The notes under the pieces were generated by a model. It was not told the DNA's origin. It searched no databases and saw nothing but the letters and a program-made list of their open reading frames with translations. Below are positions 46,360-54,768 of a stretch of DNA of 64,000 nt, piece by piece. The DNA is from a virus: IMG/VR virus record IMGVR_UViG_3300047299_000067, positions 53,306-117,305 of that record; one strand, given 5' to 3'. The translations under genes were made by a program, and so were the position numbers. Position 1 is the first letter of the stretch, and every line of letters starts with the position of its first letter.

Positions 46360-46775
46360 AGTGTAATTTTTTGATCTCTGCCGTAGTATTTGTTGCTTTT
46401 AAGTATAGTAGGGACAGCAAATCGCTTTTCGTCTTTTTTAATTAAAGGGATATTTAATAAAGTTCTTTGGTCGAAAAAAACATAATTGGTTGCTATGTCT
46501 TTACCTTTAAAGAAAGTTAAACCTCGGTTAAGTACTCTCGAAAATGCATCTATAAGTTCTACGGGCGTAATTTTACTAAAACGTTCTTGTCTTGGTGATC
46601 TCTTCATTCTAATATGATCTTTAAAATGAGCAGTTATTGTAATAGTAATGCCGAGATTTTTAAGTGCAATACGCGAAACGTCTTCGGCTGCTTGATACAG
46701 TAAGTTTAAATCTTCTTCTGTATATCTCGTGTCTATGCCATAAGTGGCTTCTGTTATAATTTCATTTATTCTCAT
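46356..46775 (-). CDS. hypothetical protein
   Basis: MRINEIITEA leader; TAHFKDHI..R. Confidence 0.65.
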   Translation of the reverse strand: MRINEIITEATYGIDTRYTEEDLNLLYQAAEDVSRIALKNLGITITITAHFKDHIRMKRSPRQERFSKITPVELIDAFSRVLNRGLTFFKGKDIATNYVFFDQRTLLNIPLIKKDEKRFAVPTILKSNKYYGRDQKITL

Positions 46776-46895
46776 GGCGTGTAGTATTAATGCTCACTTT
46801 GAGCAGGATCTGGCGTAACCCTGAACCAGGCAGCAGCCGCCTGCTTGACGCCTTCTGCGATTAACGCAGATAACCGTTAGCGACAACGGAACCTA
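46776..46895 (-). ncRNA. candidate small structured RNA element
   Basis: GC-rich 120-nt spacer with five stems. Confidence 0.4.
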
Positions 46896-47492
46896 AGGTA
46901 GGTTGTATTGTACTCTTCGCTTACCTTCTTTAGAAGCAGTGGATACTAAATCTCTTTCTTCTATTGGTATATCTTTATTTATTAAATTATATGCTTCTCT
47001 CGTTATCTTCTTAGTCTTACCGGTTACATCTATAACAGACACCATACCGATAGAAGCTAGCCCGCCTTTTAATGCATTTTGTTTTGCAATTAGTCTATGA
47101 GCAGATTTCCGATCTTCAGTCCAGTATTTCGAATTCCATTCGCTATGTTTTTTCTTTCTTACAGAATCCCATACTGGTGTGGGTGGATGCCCGTGTAATG
47201 TTTTATTTGTTAAAATACCGTTTTTGTCTAAACCTAGCCTACCATAGTGAAGTATCCAGTAATCTTCTCGTTCGTAAGCATCTGCTTCTTTTTCAATATT
47301 GCTTTCTATTTCTCTTATAACAGGAAATAATCCGGCTGCAAGTATTTCTTGTATAACATTAAATTTGTCTACATTCTCTTGTCTGGACTCTTTTTCGTTT
47401 CTGAGATGATTAAACTTTCGGTTACCTTTACCTTTGCCGACATAAAACGGAGAACCTGTTCGAGGATCTATATATTCATAAATGTAATACAT
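46893..47492 (-). mobile_element. free-standing GIY-YIG (LEM-3-like) putative homing endonuclease
   Basis: YYIYEYIDPR...FYVGKG...R...H, E.DAYERE, LTN. Confidence 0.75.
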
Positions 47493-47546
47493 CTACTATT
47501 TATCAAGGCGGGCTCGAAATAACAAATAAAGGTGGGTTTCTTTTAA

Positions 47547-47978
47547 TTATTTATCAACTATTTGTTTTGCTACGACGACACTATGATATTCTGCATTTTG
47601 TTCTGTGATTCTAAAATCAAATTTAGTCGGCGGCACGAACATTTTATTAGTATCCTCAAATCTACTTTCTTTAATAGTGTCTATCCATATAGTCCATTCT
47701 GCGTCAAAGTTGTTTCGCATTTCTACTAACGGAGCAACAAAATCAACTAAACAGTAGTCGGTGTTAGACTCCGCAGCTAAATCCTTCATGCGAAGACTTT
47801 GTCTAATTCGACCTTCTATACTAAAGTCCCAATCATTAAAATGTCTGCGAACTTCGTCGGCATTTATCCATCCGCATGTTTTGCCCAGTAATTTAATTTG
47901 TGTTCTAAGTTGTTCGGCAAAGTAGGTCTTTCCTGCACCAGGTAATCCCATTATTAATATTCTTTTAGGTTGTTTCAT
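47547..47978 (-). CDS. adenylylsulfate kinase-like P-loop kinase
   Basis: GLPGAGKT, NADEVR, DFS.EGR.RQ, DFVAP, FVPP. Confidence 0.75.
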   Translation of the reverse strand: MKQPKRILIMGLPGAGKTYFAEQLRTQIKLLGKTCGWINADEVRRHFNDWDFSIEGRIRQSLRMKDLAAESNTDYCLVDFVAPLVEMRNNFDAEWTIWIDTIKESRFEDTNKMFVPPTKFDFRITEQNAEYHSVVVAKQIVDK

Positions 47979-47987
47979 AATATGTCC

Positions 47988-48185
47988 TTAACCAAACACG
48001 GAAAAATATACAGCAACAATGCCGATATATGCTAGCATAACAAAAGTGCCAAAATAATACCATACTGCTAAAAAAGTAATGATCCATGCAGTATGGTATA
48101 AATCAAACCACCACGGTAAATCTCGATCATTCGCACCAGCTGGTCTTTGCTTCGCCATAATACTCCCTGGCAAAACCATTGGCAA
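47988..48185 (-). CDS. small membrane protein (start uncertain)
   Basis: Two hydrophobic segments. Confidence 0.45.
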   Translation of the reverse strand: MPMVLPGSIMAKQRPAGANDRDLPWWFDLYHTAWIITFLAVWYYFGTFVMLAYIGIVAVYFSVFG

Positions 48186-48573
48186 TCAACATGCTACGCA
48201 AACTTTTGCCATCTAGTATAACATCGCCTAGCATGCGCCCGCCATACTTGTCCCAGTCCATGATCATAACTTGGGCAACACGACTTTCTGTTATAACCTT
48301 TTTAGTAAATGCACTAGCAGCTTGGCCTCGGGCGTCTTCGCTTGGGCACTTAGCGCGGAAACCTTTTTCAGGAGTATCCACGCCGAACACACGAATACTC
48401 ATTTTCTTTGGCAAAGGATCCGGTGTCCATGGAGTTGCGATTTCGACTGTGTCACCGTCGACTACTCTGTTGATTTTCCAGTCGTAAATCACTCCGGGTT
48501 TTTGTTTAGGTGCAGTTTGTGCTAATGCTACTGTGCATAAAGACAGTAATAATATTGATATAATTCTTTTCAT
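48127..48573 (-). CDS. secreted thermonuclease (SNase family)
   Basis: Signal peptide; RVVDGDT, IRVFGVDTPE, DKYGGRML. Confidence 0.9.
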   Translation of the reverse strand: MKRIISILLLSLCTVALAQTAPKQKPGVIYDWKINRVVDGDTVEIATPWTPDPLPKKMSIRVFGVDTPEKGFRAKCPSEDARGQAASAFTKKVITESRVAQVMIMDWDKYGGRMLGDVILDGKSLRSMLIANGFAREYYGEAKTSWCE

Positions 48574-48574
48574 T

Positions 48575-49225
48575 TTATTTCCATATGACCATTTTAAATC
48601 GTTCTTTTGGTATACCAAAATAATTACACTTCCAATCGCTTTGTGCGAAAAAATCTAAATGGTGCCATTTCTCTTTGTATTTAATCAAAGCAGTCGCAGC
48701 TTCATCCCAATTTATATTTTTTAATATAGGCTCGATGGTTTGTTTAACTTGTTGTATTTCGTCGTAATTAAAACTGTCCCATTCCCAGTGTAGTATTTCA
48801 AATGCATTTCCTTGTCGGTCGACATAGTCCATGCTAAAGTCTAAGCCCCACTTGGGACGCATGGCAATAATTTTATTCAACAGCGGAAGTTTTTTACTCC
48901 AGTGTTTTAATTGTTCTAACGCTTCTCCGCTGTATGCTTTTCGTTCAAACAACGAACTATGATTTAATACTGCACCTTCTATTTTTAAATTTTGCGAAAA
49001 CCATTCATTTTTAATTGCAAAGCGATGTTCTCTTAGCCTGCTGGGTTTATTATAATTACTATATGCAAAATGTTGCTCAATGCGAGTTAAATCGAATCCA
49101 TTTTGGTCGAATAATTCTACATCTTCGTGCGTGGGTTCGTATAGAAGTTTGGCTACTGGTATTTCCCAGTAGCCGTTAGAATTAAATGAGTTGTCTGATA
49201 AATTTACCACTTGCGGCAAGACCAA
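48575..49225 (-). CDS. hypothetical phage protein (start uncertain)
   Basis: LFDQNGFDL, PKWGLDFSMDY. Confidence 0.6.
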   Translation of the reverse strand: MVLPQVVNLSDNSFNSNGYWEIPVAKLLYEPTHEDVELFDQNGFDLTRIEQHFAYSNYNKPSRLREHRFAIKNEWFSQNLKIEGAVLNHSSLFERKAYSGEALEQLKHWSKKLPLLNKIIAMRPKWGLDFSMDYVDRQGNAFEILHWEWDSFNYDEIQQVKQTIEPILKNINWDEAATALIKYKEKWHHLDFFAQSDWKCNYFGIPKERFKMVIWK

Positions 49226-49806
49226 TAGCGTGCCTTCGTCTTAGGTCCTGGATTAGCGCAGTTATGTCTTGCTCTAAAACTCTTACGGCGTTTTGGATTT
49301 GACTTTTTAATACGCATATTAGGGTCGCCGAAGTTTACTTTTTTGACATTGCCTGTACTAGGATCTTTTACGTAGACTTTAAATTTCTTAGTATCTCCTT
49401 GCATGGGCTTGCCTAGTGCAACTTTACGTCCCTGATATTCTGCTTCGGTGATTTCATCTTCTTTGACGCAGTTATTGACTCTAACTCCGCCTTTCATTTT
49501 AGTACCTGCCTTTTTATAACCATCCCAGCATTTTGGATCTAGGCGAGTCTTTTCTTCCGCTACACCTTGCTCTTCACTTACTTTTCTAGTCTGCTTAGGA
49601 CCTTTACGAGTCTTCCACTTTTTATCAGTGGAGCAATAGTATCGGCCATAACTCTCTGCTAATATGCTAGCACCTCGATAGTTATCAGTTTCTGCAATAA
49701 TTTCATCGCCCTCTATGGCTGTGATTACTGCTTCAACAATAGTATCGCCTAGCTCTATTTCTAGGATATCGCCAACACTTGGTTGTTCTAATTCAAATAA
49801 ACGCAT
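49204..49806 (-). CDS. modular basic protein (DUF6321-like C-terminus)
   Basis: MRLFEL leader; QGVAEE; CWDGYK..NNCVK module; AEYQGRKV...KARYWSCRKW module. Confidence 0.7.
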   Translation of the reverse strand: MRLFELEQPSVGDILEIELGDTIVEAVITAIEGDEIIAETDNYRGASILAESYGRYYCSTDKKWKTRKGPKQTRKVSEEQGVAEEKTRLDPKCWDGYKKAGTKMKGGVRVNNCVKEDEITEAEYQGRKVALGKPMQGDTKKFKVYVKDPSTGNVKKVNFGDPNMRIKKSNPKRRKSFRARHNCANPGPKTKARYWSCRKW

Positions 49807-49819
49807 AAAAATCCTTTAA

Positions 49820-50860
49820 TTATTTTTTACCTGGATAACGTTGCTTACCTGGTCGCCCTTCATTGCCATCGTCGCGTATAGGTTTGGCTTCGTCATCATA
49901 GTTGCCGCGAATGTTGGGATTACGCCATCCGTATTTTACTTTGTCTGCATCGCTCATGGTCTTCATCATAGTGTCATGGGCATGTTTCATCATTTTATCG
50001 GCAGTAGTCATTTTAGCAGTATATTCTTTACCGCCTTGTTCGCTGTCGCGCCCCGGTGGAGTTTGACTCTTATCCATTTCGCTTACACTTTGTTCTTTAA
50101 CTAAACGTAATGCAGTACTTGGTAAGTTATTTGCTTGACTGCCATCGTCTAAATCGACATAGTATGTCTTTGGAGCACCTTTAAATGCACCATGTTTGAT
50201 TTCGCGAATCCAACCAGTCTTACCAGAATCTGGACCTTTTACAACTCGCACACGTTTTGACAATGATTTAGATTCTGCCACACCTTGGTCAAAATTTTCT
50301 AATGTATCGTCAATGAAAGTGTTTAACTCATCTGTAGTCATTGAGTCTGAGAATACCTTCATTACACCGCCGCTAAGACCATATTCAATGTGTTGCCCAG
50401 CTGCCTTTGCTGCCTTCGCTAGTGTCTTGCCTGTTGCGATGTAATCTTCCCTAGATTCGACATCCAGTTCAACACGACCACGATAGCCGCCACCTGCTGG
50501 CATAGAACTTGTACGAGCTTTATGTTGACGTTCAAATTCTGCATTATAATTTGCGGCACTTAGTGCGTATGGAATAGATGCCTCCGCCACACCTTGTAGA
50601 TTCCAAGTATGATGACAATGATTGCATTCTTTTTCGCCATCGCTATAAGTTTTAACATCGGCACTGCCGCAAGATGGGCAACTTTCTTCGCTACTTTCAT
50701 TTAAGTTGCGAGTACCTAATACGGTTGCATTCTTTTTCTCTGCCCATGCATAGGCCGCTTCTGCACTTGCAAAAGTTTTACGCCACATAACTCGCTGATC
50801 GCGATTGTTATAAGCATACCCGTATGCTTCGACTGGCTGTGATAATTCAAATAAACGCAT
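49820..50860 (-). CDS. modular protein with Zn-ribbon and KOW-like modules
   Basis: MRLFEL leader; CPSC..CNHC; RVRVVKGP.SGKTG; linkers QGVAEA, QGVAES, QSVSE. Confidence 0.65.
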   Translation of the reverse strand: MRLFELSQPVEAYGYAYNNRDQRVMWRKTFASAEAAYAWAEKKNATVLGTRNLNESSEESCPSCGSADVKTYSDGEKECNHCHHTWNLQGVAEASIPYALSAANYNAEFERQHKARTSSMPAGGGYRGRVELDVESREDYIATGKTLAKAAKAAGQHIEYGLSGGVMKVFSDSMTTDELNTFIDDTLENFDQGVAESKSLSKRVRVVKGPDSGKTGWIREIKHGAFKGAPKTYYVDLDDGSQANNLPSTALRLVKEQSVSEMDKSQTPPGRDSEQGGKEYTAKMTTADKMMKHAHDTMMKTMSDADKVKYGWRNPNIRGNYDDEAKPIRDDGNEGRPGKQRYPGKK

Positions 50861-50920
50861 AATAAAAAACCCCGACTAATAATTATATTTAGCCAGGGTT
50901 AAAGTTAAAACTAATTTTTA

Positions 50921-51190
50921 TTATTTTTGTAAATTAGTATAAGCCTTCATAATGCCTTCGCCGAACTTAGCGTAGTCAAATTTCATAGCAGTTTGAGCAG
51001 TTTTAGTAGCTTCGGAAGCTAAAGTAGTAAAAGTATCTACGCCAACTTTAGCAGCTTTCTTTGTGTATTCGCTTTGAGCGTCAACGAAAGAGTTTAGTGC
51101 CTCGGCTACTTTCTCGTTTGTGACAAAAGTCTTAACGAATTGTTTCTTAGCACCTTGGATAGTGTCAACGGTATTGTCAATTGTAAACAT
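50921..51190 (-). CDS. phasin-like amphipathic helical protein
   Basis: Ala/Lys/Thr-rich amphipathic helix; AAGGAG RBS. Confidence 0.45.
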   Translation of the reverse strand: MFTIDNTVDTIQGAKKQFVKTFVTNEKVAEALNSFVDAQSEYTKKAAKVGVDTFTTLASEATKTAQTAMKFDYAKFGEGIMKAYTNLQK

Positions 51191-51308
51191 AGTTTTCTCC
51201 TTATAAAGCAAGTTTACTACAACCTCTATTGAGCGTTGTATGTTTCTATTATAACATTATTTATGCTGCTCTGCAACATTTTTAGCAAGAAAAATTAGTG
51301 AGTTGATA

Positions 51309-51695
51309 CTAATTCTTATGCAAGTCTATCAAAATTTGTTTCATAACTTCGTTTGGTAAAGTCTCGGTACCTTTAATAATGCGGCAAACGGCATTAAACC
51401 AAATTCTACTTTGATCCACAGGATTTCTATCGTGGAATAAATCTACCAAATCCTCGATGCTATCGTATGCTTTAAACTTTTCGGTATAGCTAAAAAACAT
51501 TTTAAGTTTGATACTATCCCCGACAGGCACGGCATTATTTGCTTTTAATAATGCAACGATAGCAGTTGCACGATCAATTAAATGCCCATTCCAAATAAAA
51601 ACATCATCTTTAACATGCACCGGTCTGCCACTTAGTTTGCTTACTAACTTGGCTTGATTGATTTCAGTATCCGAGAGTTGTACCATCAAATTCAT
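51309..51695 (-). CDS. hypothetical protein
   Basis: 128-aa ORF. Confidence 0.55.
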   Translation of the reverse strand: MNLMVQLSDTEINQAKLVSKLSGRPVHVKDDVFIWNGHLIDRATAIVALLKANNAVPVGDSIKLKMFFSYTEKFKAYDSIEDLVDLFHDRNPVDQSRIWFNAVCRIIKGTETLPNEVMKQILIDLHKN

Positions 51696-52281
51696 AATTT
51701 ATTGTATTATTTTCGATGGTCTGAATAAACTCATCTGGATTCATAGTATAACCATAACCCACATATTTGGCATAACGTGCCAAAAATGCCTTATCGTCAA
51801 ACTTGTTTATTTTTAAAACTTTATTCTTTGCATCCTCGAGCCCCGGACCATATGCTGTCATGTCGTCGTTGACTGCAACTTGGCAACATGTAAAGTCAAA
51901 GTCATTAAATACTGCGGCTAAATTTGGATACCATTTTCGTCTAATAAGTTGAATGGAATTATCTCCAGCACGATAAGTCACGGCATTATCCGAATTAAAC
52001 TTTTCCCAAATTTCATAACCAAACGCATCTATTAGTCTAGTTTGAATTTGGATAAATTGTTCCTTATCTCTGAACCACACGTCGATGTCGTTAAAGTTGC
52101 TTTCGCCTATGGCAATTTGCCTGCCCATGCCGCCGGCAATCCAAGGACCCGAACGTTCTGTGCTATTTTGATAAATCAACTTAATGATATTAGCTAGTGT
52201 AACTGGTAGTCTTGGTTTATTTGACGGTTCTGCTGTAAAATCCGAAAATAGTTCTGTTAAATTTTTAAAATTAATAGCCAT
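51664..52281 (-). CDS. poly(A) polymerase/CCA-adding head-domain-like nucleotidyltransferase
   Basis: WIAGG..R, NDIDVWF, FDFTCCQ. Confidence 0.65.
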   Translation of the reverse strand: MAINFKNLTELFSDFTAEPSNKPRLPVTLANIIKLIYQNSTERSGPWIAGGMGRQIAIGESNFNDIDVWFRDKEQFIQIQTRLIDAFGYEIWEKFNSDNAVTYRAGDNSIQLIRRKWYPNLAAVFNDFDFTCCQVAVNDDMTAYGPGLEDAKNKVLKINKFDDKAFLARYAKYVGYGYTMNPDEFIQTIENNTINYEFDGTTLGY

Positions 52282-52411
52282 TCTTTTTACTGTGTCTGTA
52301 TAGTGAGACGAAGTATGCAAACTGCTTGGGATAATGATCTGGATCGGGTAATGCTTCTCCGAACATTTTCTTTATTTCGTCGTATAAGTCTAACGCTTCT
52401 TTATCTGTCAT
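52271..52411 (-). CDS. small hypothetical protein (not in ORF track)
   Basis: MTDKEALDLYDEIKKMFGEALPDPDHYPKQFAYFV... Confidence 0.55.
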   Translation of the reverse strand: MTDKEALDLYDEIKKMFGEALPDPDHYPKQFAYFVSLYRHSKKNGY

Positions 52412-53424
52412 TTTAACATTTCAGCAAACTTAAAGCTAGCGATATTTTTACCTTTGCTTTCGCACATGATATCCGCCCAACTTGCATGAGTAGCAGCCCA
52501 TTCATTTACCGCAGTGTTCCAATAAAAATCGGAATGAGCTCGCAGTTTTTGTTTCTTATAACCGCTGCCTAGCAAGGCACTCATGTCAGGAAATTGATCA
52601 GTAGCGTGCCCCACAAGATAATCTTCTCGACTAGTAGAAAAATGAACAACAGGCCGGATACCACGCCAAGAATCAACCACCCTTGCAATGCGAGTGTCCA
52701 TGTTGGATATGTATTCTCCGCCACTTTTAATCCAGTGATGATGAACATCAAGGACGATAGGCACCAAATCAGAAATAGTAAGACAATCATCTAAACCCCA
52801 TGCGTTTTCTTCGTTTTCAATAGTAATAGTATTTCGAGCCTCTGGGCTAAGTTTTTGGTAAGCTGCTCTAATACCTTCGGGTCCACGTTTGCCTGAAATA
52901 TGAACGTTGATTTTAAAATCCTGAAAAGATTTACCATAGCCCATATAACGAGCCATATCAACATGATACTCAAATTCTTCGATAGAATTTTCTACAATAC
53001 CTGGATTCTCACTAGCCAAGACAGTAAACTGTCCGGGATGCATACTAAGCCTAACGTCGTTGGATCTGGCTAATTCGCCTACTGCGCCAAAATGTTTTTC
53101 TAAATACTCTTTAACGTCTGCACGTTGCCAAAATTGAGAATAATCGTCGTGTGTATAAGCAGGCAAAATATCGCTACTAATACGAATCATTCTAAGCATT
53201 GGATCTTGTTCACCGACTTTACCGATTAGCTTGCGAGTAGCTTCGATATTTTGGACCATTAAATCCCATAGCTTTTGTTCTGCTACTTCTCGAGATTGAC
53301 GTTTGAGCCATGAAATGGTTGTAGTGCCAGTATTATACTGTTTACAATTATCAGTTGGTTTGATCCCGTCGACTTGCCCGGCATGGTCAATCCATTTACA
53401 TGCAAACCCGATTCGTTTTGTCAT
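52408..53424 (-). CDS. uvsE: UV-damage endonuclease
   Basis: RIGFAC, RISSDI, RLSMHPGQF, IENEE, VLDVHHH, HFS, AHSD, DIMCESKGK. Confidence 0.92.
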   Translation of the reverse strand: MTKRIGFACKWIDHAGQVDGIKPTDNCKQYNTGTTTISWLKRQSREVAEQKLWDLMVQNIEATRKLIGKVGEQDPMLRMIRISSDILPAYTHDDYSQFWQRADVKEYLEKHFGAVGELARSNDVRLSMHPGQFTVLASENPGIVENSIEEFEYHVDMARYMGYGKSFQDFKINVHISGKRGPEGIRAAYQKLSPEARNTITIENEENAWGLDDCLTISDLVPIVLDVHHHWIKSGGEYISNMDTRIARVVDSWRGIRPVVHFSTSREDYLVGHATDQFPDMSALLGSGYKKQKLRAHSDFYWNTAVNEWAATHASWADIMCESKGKNIASFKFAEMLK

Positions 53425-53837
53425 ACAGTTACATTACCTGTTAGGTTATACATAAAGATTTCTTCTTTTGGAATAAGGTAAACGTTCCAACCTTCGCGTC
53501 TATAATTCTTATAAGCTGGTATAGAACCGCCCATTGCTCTATGTGTAATATCTTTTTTTCTAATAGCCGGCACCATAGTTAGTGTTGTTGCGTTTAATTT
53601 TAACACTTTAAAAGGAAAAGGTCTATTATTTTGTACAGCTAACACATAGTCGCCTTGGTTAATATGACGCCCCATCATATCTTTGTGGTGCCCATTTGGT
53701 TCCACACTAACTACATTTTTGGGAGTAGTTTTCTTTTTTGGTTTCGGTTTTAGGTGTGCTGGTGTGAAAGTAGTTGCCCAATGCGGAGCAAATCCCGACA
53801 AGCCATTAAATGGAACTGCTTTTGGTTTTGTGGCCAT
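53421..53837 (-). CDS. hypothetical protein (SH3/KOW-like)
   Basis: DMMGRHINQGDYVL. Confidence 0.55.
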   Translation of the reverse strand: MATKPKAVPFNGLSGFAPHWATTFTPAHLKPKPKKKTTPKNVVSVEPNGHHKDMMGRHINQGDYVLAVQNNRPFPFKVLKLNATTLTMVPAIRKKDITHRAMGGSIPAYKNYRREGWNVYLIPKEEIFMYNLTGNVTV

Positions 53838-53839
53838 TA

Positions 53840-53898
53840 TATAATCCTAATATTGTAGAAGATATTAGGATTATACTATACTTTTTATTTTGTGTCAA
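53840..53898 (-). promoter_or_regulatory. sigma70 promoter (TTGACA 53898-53893, TATAAT 53875-53870) overlapping a 14-bp inverted repeat that covers the RBS
   Basis: Perfect 17-bp-spaced consensus; arms at 53840-53853 and 53862-53875. Confidence 0.75.
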
Positions 53899-53929
53899 AT
53901 ACGACTTTTATATATTACTCGAAATTTAT

Positions 53930-54274
53930 TTAATCGATTTTGTTTAATTGTTCCATTAGCGCACGATTTAAAACTAACTGCTCGCTAACTGTGTCCATAC
54001 TACTTTCACATTCGAAATCATCTGCTTCGAATAAATCTTCTAAATCAAAAAGTATATCGTCGCCTTGTTCGGCGGTGATATCGGAAGCGAGTCTGACATC
54101 ATAACAATGTGCTTGCGTTTCATCGTCCAAATGATAAACCATAACAACATCGCTGCTGTCTGCTTCTACATCTGCGTTATCGCTTACTGCAAATAGAAAC
54201 TGTTTAGCTTCTTCGCTAGATAGTTTTCTAGTAATGCAAATTCTGAAATAATGTTCAAACTCATCTGTTATCAT
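53930..54274 (-). CDS. acidic hypothetical protein
   Basis: 114-aa ORF. Confidence 0.6.
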   Translation of the reverse strand: MITDEFEHYFRICITRKLSSEEAKQFLFAVSDNADVEADSSDVVMVYHLDDETQAHCYDVRLASDITAEQGDDILFDLEDLFEADDFECESSMDTVSEQLVLNRALMEQLNKID

Positions 54275-54282
54275 AATAGTAA

Positions 54283-54759
54283 TTATTGTTTGCTTTCTAG
54301 TTTTTCTTTAGTGCGGCCATATGCAGCGATACCAAGTACGGCACCCATTGCAATGTGATATAATCCGGCACCTTGTAGTGTAATAGGATTCCACTGGCTG
54401 CTAACTTGACCACCTTGGATAGCTTGCAATAAACTCCATAAGATTGGGAATAGTACAAAGTCGCAAGTACATGTGCCCATGTAGACCCATCCCATAACAG
54501 GACGCCATTTTTTATTAATCCAGTCTGAGCTTTCTTTATCGTGTTGCACTAATACGTCTGCACCTTGCGCAGCATTTGACCCGGCTGCATTACGATCTGG
54601 ATTGGGTGTGGAATTAAATTGCTGTCCGATTGTAGTATTGCCAGAATAGCTTACCGGCGCAGTATAGTTTGTAGCGGGTTGTGTCCCTGTACTCTTGCTA
54701 GCAGTAATCTGCGGCAAGTTTCCTGGATCGACGAAATCTTCTTCATCTAACTTAGGCAT
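54283..54759 (-). CDS. holin-like protein (GTA 3TM family)
   Basis: WINKKWRPVMGW...MGAVLGIAAYGRTKEKL. Confidence 0.7.
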   Translation of the reverse strand: MPKLDEEDFVDPGNLPQITASKSTGTQPATNYTAPVSYSGNTTIGQQFNSTPNPDRNAAGSNAAQGADVLVQHDKESSDWINKKWRPVMGWVYMGTCTCDFVLFPILWSLLQAIQGGQVSSQWNPITLQGAGLYHIAMGAVLGIAAYGRTKEKLESKQ

Positions 54760-54768
54760 AGTATCTCC

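Larger units (their letters stand above)
31236..50596 (-). repeat. dispersed 15-bp repeat, consensus CAA[GA]GTGT[GA]GCNGAA (Q-G/S-V-A-E), 12 copies
   Basis: Copies start at 31236, 32007, 32223, 32433, 34565, 41017, 41221, 41437, 49555, 50078, 50273 and 50582 (plus strand, each 15 bp). Confidence 0.85.

Noticed and set aside
45267-46895. tRNA or tmRNA genes in the non-coding gaps
   Set aside because: No cloverleaf with a T-loop and matching acceptor stem/CCA could be built.
46356-47492. Stop-codon read-through fusing the GIY-YIG ORF to the in-frame downstream ORF
   Set aside because: The 117-nt spacer is in frame but contains a second stop (TGA), so two read-throughs would be needed.
46776-47540. 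Group I intron hosting the GIY-YIG gene
   Set aside because: The flanking genes are intact, no split exon is evident, and no P7 core could be recognised.
31236-50596. QGVAE repeats as a CRISPR array or DGR template/variable repeats
   Set aside because: Only 15 bp, irregularly dispersed and in-frame within ORFs; no cas or reverse transcriptase gene and no adenine-specific variant pair.
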